Assembly (NCBI GenBank): GCA_034431195.1
Contig: DAOUDP010000001.1
Location: forward strand, 179,385-243,384
Direction: 5' to 3'
DNA length: 64,000 nucleotides
Origin: Dehalococcoidia bacterium
GTDB taxonomy: Bacteria; Chloroflexota; Dehalococcoidia; GIF9; AB-539-J10
This document shows positions 30,180 to 39,529 of this stretch, one piece after another (the first letter of the stretch is position 1; each line of letters begins with the position of its first letter). A program made the translations under genes and the position numbers. The notes beneath the pieces were generated by a model. That model was not told the origin of the DNA, ran no database searches, and saw only the letters and a list, made by a program, of their open reading frames with translations.

Positions 30180-32816
30180 ATGTTGGGCTGGTTTACCAAA
30201 TTAATCGATTCTAACGAAAAAGAGCTGAAGCGACTTCAACCTTTGGTATCCCATATAAACTCGCTTGAGCCCGATTTTGAAAAACTCACCGACGGTGAGC
30301 TTCGCGACAAAACAGATGAGTTCAGGACCAGACTAAAGGATGACGAGGATTTAGATGACCTCTCATCTGAAGCTTATGCTGCAGTGAGAGAGGCTGCCAA
30401 ACGAACGATAAAGCAAAGACATTTCGATGTTCAATTAATGGGTGGAGTTGTCCTTCACCAAGGCAAAATAGCTGAAATGGCAACTGGAGAGGGAAAAACG
30501 CTGGTGGCTACATTGCCGCTTTACCTCAACGCCCTTACCGGGGAAGGATGTCACTTAGTAACCGTCAACGATTATCTCGCGAAGCGTGATTGTAACTGGA
30601 TGGGGCCTATCTACCATGCCCTCGGAGTAAGCGTGGCATGCATCAATGCCATGCAATCTCCAGACCAACCTTCACCTTCTTTCCTTTATGACCCCGATTT
30701 TGACTCCGGAGACCCGAAATGGAGGCAGCTTCGCCCCATCACCCGCCGCGAGGCTTATGAAGCAGATATAACCTATGGCACAAATAACGAGTTTGGCTTT
30801 GATTACCTCAGAGACAATATGGTCCTGGACTTATCCCAGTGCGTCCAGCGGGAGCTTAACTATGCCATCGTAGATGAAGTTGACAGCATCCTCATCGACG
30901 AAGCCCGCACACCACTGATTATAAGCGGAGCTGCTGAAGAAGCCACCCAGAAATACTACACCTTCGCTCGGCTCGTTTCTCGCCTCAAAAAAGATGACGA
31001 TTACACCGTTGACGAAAAGACACGAACATGCTCACTCACGGAAATCGGCATCGGCAAGATGGAGAAGATGCTCAAGAGCGCCGGATTGCTTAAGGCTCCC
31101 AGCTTTTACGACCCCTCCAACTACTCACTCACCCGATATCTGGAGAATGCCCTCAAGGCTCATGCTCTGTTCAGAAGGGACAAAGACTACATGGTTAAGG
31201 ATGGGCAAGTTATCATCGTTGATGAATTTACCGGAAGGTTGATGTTTGGCAGAAGGTATTCTGAGGGCTTACACCAGGCTATCGAAGCCAGGGAAGGTGT
31301 AAAGGTACAGCGGGAAAGCATCACTTTAGCCACCATCACCTTCCAGAACTATTTCCGCCTGTACCAGAAATTAGCGGGGATGACTGGCACCGCCGCCACC
31401 GAGGCTGAAGAGTTTCACAAGATTTATAAATTGGAGGTGGTGGTTATACCCACCAACAAACCCCTGGTCCGCACTGAACATACTGACCAGGTTTACAAAG
31501 ATGAGAAGGCCAAGTTTGAAGCTGTCGCCAGAGAAATTGAGCATTGGCATAAGCAAAAAAGACCGGTGCTCATTGGCACAACCTCCATTGAGAAATCGGA
31601 GACGTTAAGCAACTTATTAACCAGGAAAGGCGTACCTCACCAGGTGCTGAATGCCAAGCATCATGAGAAGGAGGCAGCCATTGTTGCTCAGGCTGGTTGT
31701 TTAGAAGCAGTAACTGTAGCTACAAATATGGCTGGACGCGGTGTGGACATCATTCTTGGAGGCAATCCTGAAAAACGTGATAGCAAGGGATGGCTTGAGG
31801 AGCATAACAAGGTGGTTGAACTTGGCGGCCTCCATATTGTAGGCACTGAGCATCATGAAGCCAGACGCATTGATAACCAGCTCCGCGGCAGAGCAGGGAG
31901 ACAGGGAGACCACGGCAGTTCCCGCTTCTTTGCCTCTTTAGAGGACGAAGTTGTCCACCGCTTCGGCGGCGACCGCATCGGAGGACTTATGCAATGGGCT
32001 GGCCTGGGAGAGGATAAGCCTCTCGAGCATCCTATGGTCAGCAAGGCGATGACAAATGCCCAAGTGCAGAGCGAGGGATATAACTTCGATATTCGCAAAC
32101 ACCTTGTTGAGTATGATGATGTAGTCAATCAGCATCGCGAGGTAATTTATGACGAAAGGAAGAAAATACTGAGCGGTGCCGACCTTAAGGCAAATATAAT
32201 GTCTATGATTACAGATGAAATTCAAACCGTGGTGGACGCTCATATCAACCACAATTTAAGTGAGCCCGATTTATCAGGATTGCGTGAAGACATTTCCGCC
32301 ATTTTCCCCTCACCACCTGACATTGCCAGCCTTTCTTCTGTCATTGCAAGCCGAAGCCCTGAGCGAAGCGAAGGGGCAGCGAAGCAACCCGAGTTTGACA
32401 GCAAGGAAATTGCCGACAAGCTAACCAATTACGCCATTGATCTTTACGAGCAGAAGGAGCAGGAAATAGGTGCCGAAAACATGCGCCTTATCGAGCGTAT
32501 GGTAATGCTTCGCGTTATTGACCGCTTATGGATGGAGCATCTTACCACCATGGAGGACATGCGGCAGGGAATAGGCTTGCGAGCTGTGGGACAGCAAAAC
32601 CCGCTGGTAGTGTACAAAAGGGAAGGAGGCATTCTTTTTGATGGTCTTCTGGCTAGCATCCAGCATGATGTCGTCCGCAGCATCTATCGGGTCAGCCTGG
32701 TTAAAAAAGAGCCGCCACTCAAAAAACAGGCTGTAATAGCCGGTAAGAAAGTGGGCCGCAACGACCCCTGCCCCTGCGGGTCAGGCAAGAAATATAAACA
32801 CTGCTGCGGAAGGTAG
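30180..32816 (+). CDS. secA: preprotein translocase ATPase SecA
   Basis: 878 aa with DEAD-like motor motifs and a C-terminal zinc-binding [14 protein letters not shown]. Confidence 0.95.
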   Translation: MLGWFTKLIDSNEKELKRLQPLVSHINSLEPDFEKLTDGELRDKTDEFRTRLKDDEDLDDLSSEAYAAVREAAKRTIKQRHFDVQLMGGVVLHQGKIAEMATGEGKTLVATLPLYLNALTGEGCHLVTVNDYLAKRDCNWMGPIYHALGVSVACINAMQSPDQPSPSFLYDPDFDSGDPKWRQLRPITRREAYEADITYGTNNEFGFDYLRDNMVLDLSQCVQRELNYAIVDEVDSILIDEARTPLIISGAAEEATQKYYTFARLVSRLKKDDDYTVDEKTRTCSLTEIGIGKMEKMLKSAGLLKAPSFYDPSNYSLTRYLENALKAHALFRRDKDYMVKDGQVIIVDEFTGRLMFGRRYSEGLHQAIEAREGVKVQRESITLATITFQNYFRLYQKLAGMTGTAATEAEEFHKIYKLEVVVIPTNKPLVRTEHTDQVYKDEKAKFEAVAREIEHWHKQKRPVLIGTTSIEKSETLSNLLTRKGVPHQVLNAKHHEKEAAIVAQAGCLEAVTVATNMAGRGVDIILGGNPEKRDSKGWLEEHNKVVELGGLHIVGTEHHEARRIDNQLRGRAGRQGDHGSSRFFASLEDEVVHRFGGDRIGGLMQWAGLGEDKPLEHPMVSKAMTNAQVQSEGYNFDIRKHLVEYDDVVNQHREVIYDERKKILSGADLKANIMSMITDEIQTVVDAHINHNLSEPDLSGLREDISAIFPSPPDIASLSSVIASRSPERSEGAAKQPEFDSKEIADKLTNYAIDLYEQKEQEIGAENMRLIERMVMLRVIDRLWMEHLTTMEDMRQGIGLRAVGQQNPLVVYKREGGILFDGLLASIQHDVVRSIYRVSLVKKEPPLKKQAVIAGKKVGRNDPCPCGSGKKYKHCCGR
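32785..32813 (+). repeat. direct repeat copy A (the native secA 3' end); attL-like
   Basis: GCAAGAAATATAAACACTGCTGCGGAAGG recurs at 34410-34438 with a single mismatch. Confidence 0.8.
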
Positions 32817-32824
32817 GATTAGGT

Positions 32825-33802
32825 ATGGGGAATCATGTACTACTTGTAAGTAGAGAGCATTTTAATAAGTGTCTTAAGTATGGAATATATGGTGCTCCCT
32901 CTCACCCACTTGAGAGAATTAATTCGGAAATTATAGCTGGTTCTGAAGCTATTAAAGCAGGAGACTTCATATTCTTCTATGTTAAAAACATTGGAGTATA
33001 TGGTTTGTGGAGAGCAACAAGTCGTCCGTTCTTTGACGAGACTGATATTTGGGGTGAAAAAGACCAGAAGTATCCTTATAGGATCTGCTTCGCACCCTCA
33101 ATTAGGTATTTCTCAAAGCCAATTGCCCTTAGTGATGTTTTAGATTTGCGAGATAGGGGAAAGATATGGACATTTGATTTAGGAGCTATCCGCGCAAAGA
33201 ATCACAATCCGCTAACCACTGATGAAAGCAAAGACTTAATACGCCTTTTCCTAAGGAATAATCCTATTTTTCATTCAGTTGCATCCATACCAGAACCGTA
33301 CCCAGCAGGTAATATCACACTGCCATTAAGCCTAGAATCAGATAGTAGGGGACGTATAAGATATGAGGGCTTCTTAAATGCTTGGTTTATGAGGAGTTTT
33401 GTTGATGGTAGATTCAAGGAAATCATTGGCGAATATAGAGATTTTCTAAACTTTGTCCCTACCTCTTTTAATAAAGTAATGGATATTTTTCTTACGCATG
33501 TCACCTCAGTTGACGGTGTTGATATCCTTCATAAATTTACTTGCATCGAGCTAAAAACAGGAATATGCACTGAAGAAGATTTGAATCAGATCATTAAATA
33601 CGAAAATTGGCTCGTAAGGAAGCTAGCTAATGGTGATAGTGAAATGGTCCAAAGCGTCCTCGTTGCATTCGATTTTCAAGACAAAGTATTGGAATATGTG
33701 CAGAAGAGAAGAACGATAGAGGAAAAGACAGTCAGGTTGCTAAAATATCGAGTGACTAAAGAACAAAACGATATTATATTAACTGAAATTGAATTCGGAT
33801 AG
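32825..33802 (+). CDS. EVE (PUA-like) domain fused to a PD-(D/E)xK nuclease; candidate modification-dependent (type IV) restriction endonuclease
   Basis: N-terminal AGSEAIKAGDFIFFYVKNIGVYGLWRATSRPFFD resembles the EVE/PUA-like GD-x-hFFYHS...G core; C-terminal VDGVDILHKFTCIELKTG fits a D...E-x-K motif; low GC. Confidence 0.55.
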   Translation: MGNHVLLVSREHFNKCLKYGIYGAPSHPLERINSEIIAGSEAIKAGDFIFFYVKNIGVYGLWRATSRPFFDETDIWGEKDQKYPYRICFAPSIRYFSKPIALSDVLDLRDRGKIWTFDLGAIRAKNHNPLTTDESKDLIRLFLRNNPIFHSVASIPEPYPAGNITLPLSLESDSRGRIRYEGFLNAWFMRSFVDGRFKEIIGEYRDFLNFVPTSFNKVMDIFLTHVTSVDGVDILHKFTCIELKTGICTEEDLNQIIKYENWLVRKLANGDSEMVQSVLVAFDFQDKVLEYVQKRRTIEEKTVRLLKYRVTKEQNDIILTEIEFG

Positions 33803-34289
33803 GAGGTTTGACGCAATGTCGGATGAAGCTATCACCGGAGTTTACAACTCTGACATTTCTGATGACGCTATTCATGAGCTTGCTCCGTCTATCCTTTTGA
33901 GCGAACAGAGTTCAGAGTTCACGCTTAACCAGGGTAAATATGCCTATCGGGTTAAAGGGGGGAAGGATGGACACCTATACTATAAAAAGAGGGCTAACGA
34001 CAGTTGGATCCTTATTGCAAACTGGTGCCTTTATGGTCTTTATATTGTAATCCGTTATAGGAAACCATTATGGCTAAGGCCAATGTATCGGAGCTTGTTT
34101 AGCAAAATGAATTTTGTTTCTATCACCTTCAGCGACCATAGTATTGAAGCGATGGGCACAGATGGACAAATTTTAAGAGGTAGACGGCTCCGCCTCAGTC
34201 CTCCTTTTGCTTTTGAAGAAGTTATGATGGAGAAGTTTGGTTATTCCCTACAGAAGGCGGAAGTGCTTCGATCGAAATTGGATTTGTGA
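33789..34289 (+). CDS. hypothetical protein; start possibly at 33816. Its 3' end overlaps a frameshifted remnant of the small gene at 36631-36843
   Basis: ORF only; the C-terminal AEVLRSKLDL resembles the N-terminus DVVEEFLDCEL of the 36631 gene. Confidence 0.3.
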   Translation: MNSDRRFDAMSDEAITGVYNSDISDDAIHELAPSILLSEQSSEFTLNQGKYAYRVKGGKDGHLYYKKRANDSWILIANWCLYGLYIVIRYRKPLWLRPMYRSLFSKMNFVSITFSDHSIEAMGTDGQILRGRRLRLSPPFAFEEVMMEKFGYSLQKAEVLRSKLDL

Positions 34290-34320
34290 TTTAATTGTTG
34301 AAGTGAAACCCTCCAAAGAT

Positions 34321-34389
34321 TTTTGCCAGTATGTTGAGGACGATTATTACGAGTGGCTGAAGGATAACTTCAAGTCCTTCTTCGACCAT
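34321..34389 (+). repeat. direct repeat copy B (small-gene fragment); B' at 36727-36793
   Basis: About 69 bp of similarity, mostly synonymous differences. Confidence 0.75.
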
Positions 34390-34409
34390 GGAAATCTAGA
34401 CCGGGAGCA

Positions 34410-34438
34410 GCAAGAAATACAAACACTGCTGCGGAAGG
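34410..34438 (+). repeat. direct repeat copy A' of the secA 3' end
   Basis: GCAAGAAATACAAACACTGCTGCGGAAGG versus the secA end; 28 of 29 identical. Confidence 0.8.
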
Positions 34439-34621
34439 GGAACATAATTCCGAGGGGCTAATTATAATGGAAGCTTGCTTAGGCATTACTATGTTGATAA
34501 ATGCGAAAAGTCTTTCGCTATGCTTGCCACCTTGATTGTTGGGATGGGGAGGAGATTTTAGAGGAGATAAAGGTATGAAAGGTTACAAGGGAAAAAGAAT
34601 AACTTATGGAGGTGCAATAAA

Positions 34622-35629
34622 ATGGAACGAGATTCAAACTTTCAGATGCTGTCTTGGTTTACAGATCAACATAGAATGGGAAATCTCGATTTAGAGCCTC
34701 CGTATCAAAGAAAAAGTATTTGGAATAATGACTACAAAGTTTATTTCATTGATACGATTCTTCGGAACTTCCCTTGTCCAACCATATTTCTAGCAGTTGA
34801 GCTTAGTTCAAGTGGACTTACTAAATACCATGTTGTGGATGGTAAGCAAAGACTTTTAACGGTTTTCGAATTTGTAAACGATGAGTTCACTACATCAGAG
34901 ATATACAGTGACCCTGATTACGCCGACAAGTATTTTTCACAATTGCCAGCCAAGGTAAAGACTCGTTTCTGGGGATACAAGTTTACAATAGAATATCTTA
35001 AAACCGAAAGTAGAAAAGACTTAAATGATTCTTTTGACAGGTTGAATAGGAATGTTGCTCGGTTAAATAAACAAGAACTGCGACATGCGCGACACGCTGG
35101 AGCATTCATCACCTACGTAACCCAGTTATCAGACGATCCATTTTGGAAAGATATGGGGATATCTACTCCCTCAAGAATAAGAAGAATGCTAGATATTGAA
35201 TATGTTTCGGAGATATTTTTAGTGGTTATGCACGGAATCAAAGACGGTAGAGACCATTTAGACGAATATTTTGCAGTGTACGATGATGAAATTCCAGACT
35301 TAGAAGAAAACAGAAAAAAATATGAAGTATGTAAGGATCTCATTGCAAAGCTAGATGTATACAAAACACGGTATAGCAACCTTGCAGACCTCTATTCTTT
35401 ATGGTCTGGGATGTCTGAATTATATGACGAGAATGGTGGTAGTTTAGAGATAGCCGTTGAAAGAACAAGAACAAAACTATTACAGTTTGCAGATAGAATC
35501 CGAGGTGACGTAGATGAACAACGAGTTCAAGCCTATGCATTGGCAGTGTTGCAGGCGTCTAATAGTATTAAAAGTAGACAGACTCGTGAGAATATATTGA
35601 AGGGACTTATTGTTGTAAAAAGAAAATGA
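34622..35629 (+). CDS. DUF262 (GmrS/ParB-like NTPase domain) protein
   Basis: EPPYQRKSIWNN...FIDTILRNFPCPTIFL...HVVDGKQRLLTVFEF, the DGQQR-type motif of DUF262; a second block FDRLNRNVARLNKQELRHA; low GC; 4-nt overlap with the downstream gene. Confidence 0.8.
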   Translation: MERDSNFQMLSWFTDQHRMGNLDLEPPYQRKSIWNNDYKVYFIDTILRNFPCPTIFLAVELSSSGLTKYHVVDGKQRLLTVFEFVNDEFTTSEIYSDPDYADKYFSQLPAKVKTRFWGYKFTIEYLKTESRKDLNDSFDRLNRNVARLNKQELRHARHAGAFITYVTQLSDDPFWKDMGISTPSRIRRMLDIEYVSEIFLVVMHGIKDGRDHLDEYFAVYDDEIPDLEENRKKYEVCKDLIAKLDVYKTRYSNLADLYSLWSGMSELYDENGGSLEIAVERTRTKLLQFADRIRGDVDEQRVQAYALAVLQASNSIKSRQTRENILKGLIVVKRK

Positions 35630-36585
35630 TAATTCCCAGATCCATTGAAGCTTTCTACGGCAAAGTAGCAGAGTCTTTATATGTTCTTAAGTACAACATT
35701 GACCAACCACTTAAGAATATAGCTGATTCATTAAATATCAGGTATGTCCACGCGAGGATAAAGCCAAAAGAGAGCTTGATGGCCAAAATAGAGAAAGAAG
35801 GGTGTAAGAATCCAGCCGATGAAATTGAGGATCTAGTCGCTTGTAGATTAATCGTGAATAACATATCTGAGATAGGTTATGTAAAAGAGAAGATAAAACA
35901 ACTATTCAATATAGAGGATGAAAAATCTAAAAGATCTCGCTCACCAAATGAATTTTTGTACGATGCCATTCATTTAATATTAAGTTTTAAAGACAGTCCC
36001 TTTATAAGTAATAAGGACATCTTAGGGAAGAAATTTGAATTGCAAATTAAAACCAGCCTACAAAATGCATTAGATGAAGTAACACGCGGCGAAATTTATA
36101 AAACAGATATATTAACCTGGGAAAAAGATAGGACTGCAAGCGAGTTAAGAGCAAATCTTGAATTACTAGATACATTGTTAAAGGATTTCCCGAAGATAGT
36201 TGCTATTCAAGAGGAGAGAGAATATGAACTATATCAAAATAGGAACAAGATAATAGCTTTACTTAAAGATGTTTGGAGCGCTGAAAAATTACCTGACGAT
36301 TTACGGAGGGCAAGCATTGTTATTGAGGAGTACCTGAAACTGGCTGAGGCAAAGGTAGAAGATTTATCTAGTTGGCTAAATCTTGACAGGTACAGAAATG
36401 CTGTTAAGGCTGTCTCAATTACTCCGTGTCAAATAATATTGATTATCTTGTTCCTAGAAAAAGGGGCTTTCCTTAACAACGTAAGAAGACAAAATAGATG
36501 TTTGCTCATAACCGATGAGATGATAGATATATGTCCCGAACTTAAGGAAATAGACCTATCATATCGCGTGAACATCGATTACTAG
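35626..36585 (+). CDS. RelA/SpoT-homolog (RSH) synthetase-domain nucleotidyltransferase (small-alarmone-synthetase/toxSAS-like)
   Basis: Syn motifs: RYVHARIKPKESLMAKIEKEG (basic ATP-binding motif), IEDLVACRLIV (D-x-x-G/A-x-R-h-h), YDAIHLILSF, FELQIKTSLQNALDEVTRGEIYK (E-h-Q-I-R/K-T...YK). Confidence 0.75.
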   Translation: MIIPRSIEAFYGKVAESLYVLKYNIDQPLKNIADSLNIRYVHARIKPKESLMAKIEKEGCKNPADEIEDLVACRLIVNNISEIGYVKEKIKQLFNIEDEKSKRSRSPNEFLYDAIHLILSFKDSPFISNKDILGKKFELQIKTSLQNALDEVTRGEIYKTDILTWEKDRTASELRANLELLDTLLKDFPKIVAIQEEREYELYQNRNKIIALLKDVWSAEKLPDDLRRASIVIEEYLKLAEAKVEDLSSWLNLDRYRNAVKAVSITPCQIILIILFLEKGAFLNNVRRQNRCLLITDEMIDICPELKEIDLSYRVNIDY

Positions 36586-36630
36586 GGACTCAGCAAGGGT
36601 TAACCAAATACTTATACAAGGTAGCAAAAG

Positions 36631-36843
36631 ATGCTTGATAGAGATGTAGTTGAAGAATTCCTTGATTGTGAACTTGAGGGTATAGAAATTCCTGCGGATA
36701 TTTCCAAGGAACAGCTTGTAGAAGCTTTTTGTCAGTATGTTGAAGATGATTACTACGAATGGCTGAAGGATAACTTCAAGTCGTTCTTCGACCACTGCAA
36801 CCCAGATTGGGAGTGGATAAGGGAGAAGCTTAAGAACCAGTGA
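36631..36843 (+). CDS. small hypothetical protein (70 aa), intact copy of the duplicated small gene
   Basis: ORF with a partial diverged copy at 34237-34400; its stop overlaps the polX start. Confidence 0.45.
   Translation: MLDRDVVEEFLDCELEGIEIPADISKEQLVEAFCQYVEDDYYEWLKDNFKSFFDHCNPDWEWIREKLKNQ
36727..36793 (+). repeat. direct repeat copy B'
   Basis: Matches 34321-34389. Confidence 0.75.
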
Positions 36844-38564
36844 GAAACACCGCTATCGCCAAAGTATTCAGCGATATAGCAGACCTCCTCGAGCTCAAAG
36901 GTGAGAACCAGTTCAAGATTCGTGCTTACCAGAAGGCAGTTCGCGCTATTGAGCACTATCCCAAGGAAATAAGAATTATGATTGACGAAGGGGAGGACTT
37001 GAAGAGTATCCCCGGGGTAGGAGACGCAATAGCCAAAAAAACAACCGAACTGGTGAAGACGGGAAAACTGGAATACTACGAGAAACTTAAAGCCGAGTTT
37101 CCCGAAGGGATAACTAATCTCCTCGATATACCGGGGATTGGCCCAAAGACAGCTAACAAACTCTGCTCCGAACTGGGGATAACTTCAGCAGATAGCCTGG
37201 AGCAAGCGATAAAGGATGGCAGCGTGGCCACGCTGTTTCGTCTTGGTGAAAAGACCGCCAATAATATCCTCCAGCAAGTCGAGGCCTCCCGCCGCAAGGA
37301 CCAACGCATCTCTATCGGGGAGGCTTTGCCTATCGTCGAAGAAATACTCAGTGCTCTCAACTCTGTCCCCGGGGTGAGAAATCTAACTTACGCTGGAAGT
37401 CTGCGCCGCTTCCGAGAAACATTGGGCGACATTGACCTTATGGGCACCGTCGATAACCCCCAGAAAGTTATGGACGCTTTTGTCTCGTTACCTATTGTAG
37501 GGCAGGTTTTAGTCCAGGGACCCACTAAATCAAGCGCCATAGTCTCCGGTGGTTTGCAAGTCGACTTAAGACTGGTAGAACACGAGGCTTTTGGGTCACT
37601 GCTTCAATATTTCACCGGAAGTAAACAACATAATATTTCTTTAAGGGAAAGAGGGCGAAGGCAAGGATTAAAATTGAGCGAATATGGCATCACCGATATT
37701 GCCACAGATAAGCTGGAGAAATTTGCTGATGAAGAGAATTTTTATCACCGACTGGGGATGCAGTATATTCCCCCCGAGCTTAGAGAAGATCAAGGCGAGG
37801 TGGAAAAGGCTGAACGGGGAGCCATCCCCAGGCTTGTAGAGGTGTCCGATATAAAGGGAGACCTCCATATGCACACCGATTGGAGTGATGGGCATAGCTC
37901 CATCAAGGAAATGGCTCTAGCGGCTAAAAAATTAGGGTATCAGTATATTGCCATCACCGAGCATTCCGGTGGGCGCGGCATCGCCCACGGGCTTGATGTT
38001 GAACGGCTAAGGAAACAGATTGAGGAAATCAAAAAGGTCAATGAATACATAGATGGCATTCAAGTGTTCAGTGGCATCGAGGTTGATATCCGAGCAGATG
38101 GGACTCTGGATTTACCCCACGAAATTTTGGCAAAGTTGGATGTAGTTATCGCTGCGGTGCATTCAGCGATGAACCAAAGCGAGGGAAAAATGACCCAGAG
38201 AGTACTAAGCGCTGTGGAGGACCCCGATGTCGACATTATTGCCCATCCTACCTGTCGTCTTCTGGGCGAGCGTGAACCTATAGCCCTTGACCTGGAAGCG
38301 GTTTTTCGCACCGCTGTCAAGAACAACAAAATCATGGAGATAAATGCCATGCCCGACAGACTTGACTTGAATGATATTCATGCCTCCAGGGCTAGAGAAC
38401 TAGGTGTGAAGCTTGCTATCGAGACCGATGCCCATGCTGTCTCCCACCTTGATTTTATGAGGTTTGGAGTCGGCATGGCGCGGCGAGCCTGGTGTGAGCC
38501 TCAACATATAGTAAATACTCTGCCCCTGGCAGACGTGCTCACCTTCCTGAATGTGAGCAGATAA
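36840..38564 (+). CDS. polX: DNA polymerase X family protein with a C-terminal PHP phosphoesterase domain
   Basis: N-terminal NxxIAxxFxxIAxLLExxGENxFKIRAY helix-hairpin-helix region; PolX palm; C-terminal PHP (DLHMHTDWSDG...). Confidence 0.9.
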   Translation: MRNTAIAKVFSDIADLLELKGENQFKIRAYQKAVRAIEHYPKEIRIMIDEGEDLKSIPGVGDAIAKKTTELVKTGKLEYYEKLKAEFPEGITNLLDIPGIGPKTANKLCSELGITSADSLEQAIKDGSVATLFRLGEKTANNILQQVEASRRKDQRISIGEALPIVEEILSALNSVPGVRNLTYAGSLRRFRETLGDIDLMGTVDNPQKVMDAFVSLPIVGQVLVQGPTKSSAIVSGGLQVDLRLVEHEAFGSLLQYFTGSKQHNISLRERGRRQGLKLSEYGITDIATDKLEKFADEENFYHRLGMQYIPPELREDQGEVEKAERGAIPRLVEVSDIKGDLHMHTDWSDGHSSIKEMALAAKKLGYQYIAITEHSGGRGIAHGLDVERLRKQIEEIKKVNEYIDGIQVFSGIEVDIRADGTLDLPHEILAKLDVVIAAVHSAMNQSEGKMTQRVLSAVEDPDVDIIAHPTCRLLGEREPIALDLEAVFRTAVKNNKIMEINAMPDRLDLNDIHASRARELGVKLAIETDAHAVSHLDFMRFGVGMARRAWCEPQHIVNTLPLADVLTFLNVSR

Positions 38565-38717
38565 TTTATAGCTAACCACACACCTCTTCCTTGGTTCTCC
38601 CTCACCTAACCTCTCCCTTCAAGGCAGAGGAACTTTATACAAGGTTACGCCAAGGATTATAATCATCAAGGAGATTAAACAAGAGGCTAGCGAGCCAAAT
38701 TAGGGGAAAATAGGATT

Positions 38718-39512
38718 ATGCTAACGACAACCCGCTATGAAGAAGTAACCCAGATCAAGATGAGCCTCTTTTCTGAGAGTCATCCTCCTTTATGCGCCTG
38801 TGCCTACCTGGTAGATGGTTTGTTAATAGACAGTGGCCCCGATTGCACAGGCAGGGAGCTAGCCGATTTCCTGAAAGACAAAGGGGTAAAGCTCCTGGTC
38901 AATACTCACTATCATCATGACCATATCGGGGGTAATGCCACTCTCCAACAGAACTATAGCCTGGAGATACTTGCTCACCCAGCGGCGATAGACAAAATCG
39001 AGCAACCGCCCCAACCATATCCCTATCAGGAAGCACTCTGGGGACATGCATTGCCCAGTCAGGCAAAGAAAATCGGTAATGTGGTCAAAACGGCACACTT
39101 CCAGTTCGAGGTAATCTACACACCGGGACATAGCAATGACCATATTTGCCTCTTTGAGAGGAATAAAGGATGGCTTTTCTCGGGCGATCTGGCCACCGTC
39201 ACCCATCCCAGGTTAGCCAGGGCTGAGGAAAATCAATGGAAAACGATAATTTCACTTAAGAAAATCAAAGAATTAATGCCGCGGGTGTTACTTACTGCGC
39301 CAGAATACATAATCACTGAACCATCCACCATGCTGGAGAAAACCATCCAGTACCTCGAGGAAACAGGGCAGCGCATTAGAGCCCTGTCTAGCAAAGGTCT
39401 ATCTCCCGCTGAGATAGCAGAGCAACTCTTTGGTGAAGACATTGCAGCCCAAATTACCGAAGGACAGTTTTCCTCGGAGAATTTTGTGAACTCCTATCTT
39501 AAAACGGATTAA
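38718..39512 (+). CDS. MBL-fold metallo-hydrolase
   Basis: NTHYHHDHIGG (HxHxDH) motif. Confidence 0.75.
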   Translation: MLTTTRYEEVTQIKMSLFSESHPPLCACAYLVDGLLIDSGPDCTGRELADFLKDKGVKLLVNTHYHHDHIGGNATLQQNYSLEILAHPAAIDKIEQPPQPYPYQEALWGHALPSQAKKIGNVVKTAHFQFEVIYTPGHSNDHICLFERNKGWLFSGDLATVTHPRLARAEENQWKTIISLKKIKELMPRVLLTAPEYIITEPSTMLEKTIQYLEETGQRIRALSSKGLSPAEIAEQLFGEDIAAQITEGQFSSENFVNSYLKTD

Positions 39513-39529
39513 AAGGCTATAATTATTCT

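Larger units (their letters stand above)
34237..34461 (+). pseudogene. chimeric remnant: a degraded copy of the 36631-36843 small gene fused to a copy of the secA 3' end
   Basis: Encodes FCQYVEDDYYEWLKDNFKSFFDH, identical to the 36631 ORF, then reads the secA-end copy CAAGAAATACAAACACTGCTGCGGAAGG in a different frame. Confidence 0.5.
32817..36726 (+). mobile_element. low-GC accessory/defence island of two cassettes between secA and polX, delimited by direct repeats; no integrase seen
   Basis: Sharp drop in GC relative to the flanks; direct repeats A/A' (secA 3' end) and B/B' (small-gene fragment) flank and split it; carries defence-type genes. Confidence 0.55.

Noticed and set aside
32817-36726. 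Classic integrase-mediated integrative element or prophage
   Set aside because: att-like direct repeats exist but there is no integrase, recombinase, transposase or phage structural gene in or beside the island. It is treated as a decayed or in-trans-mobilised defence island instead.
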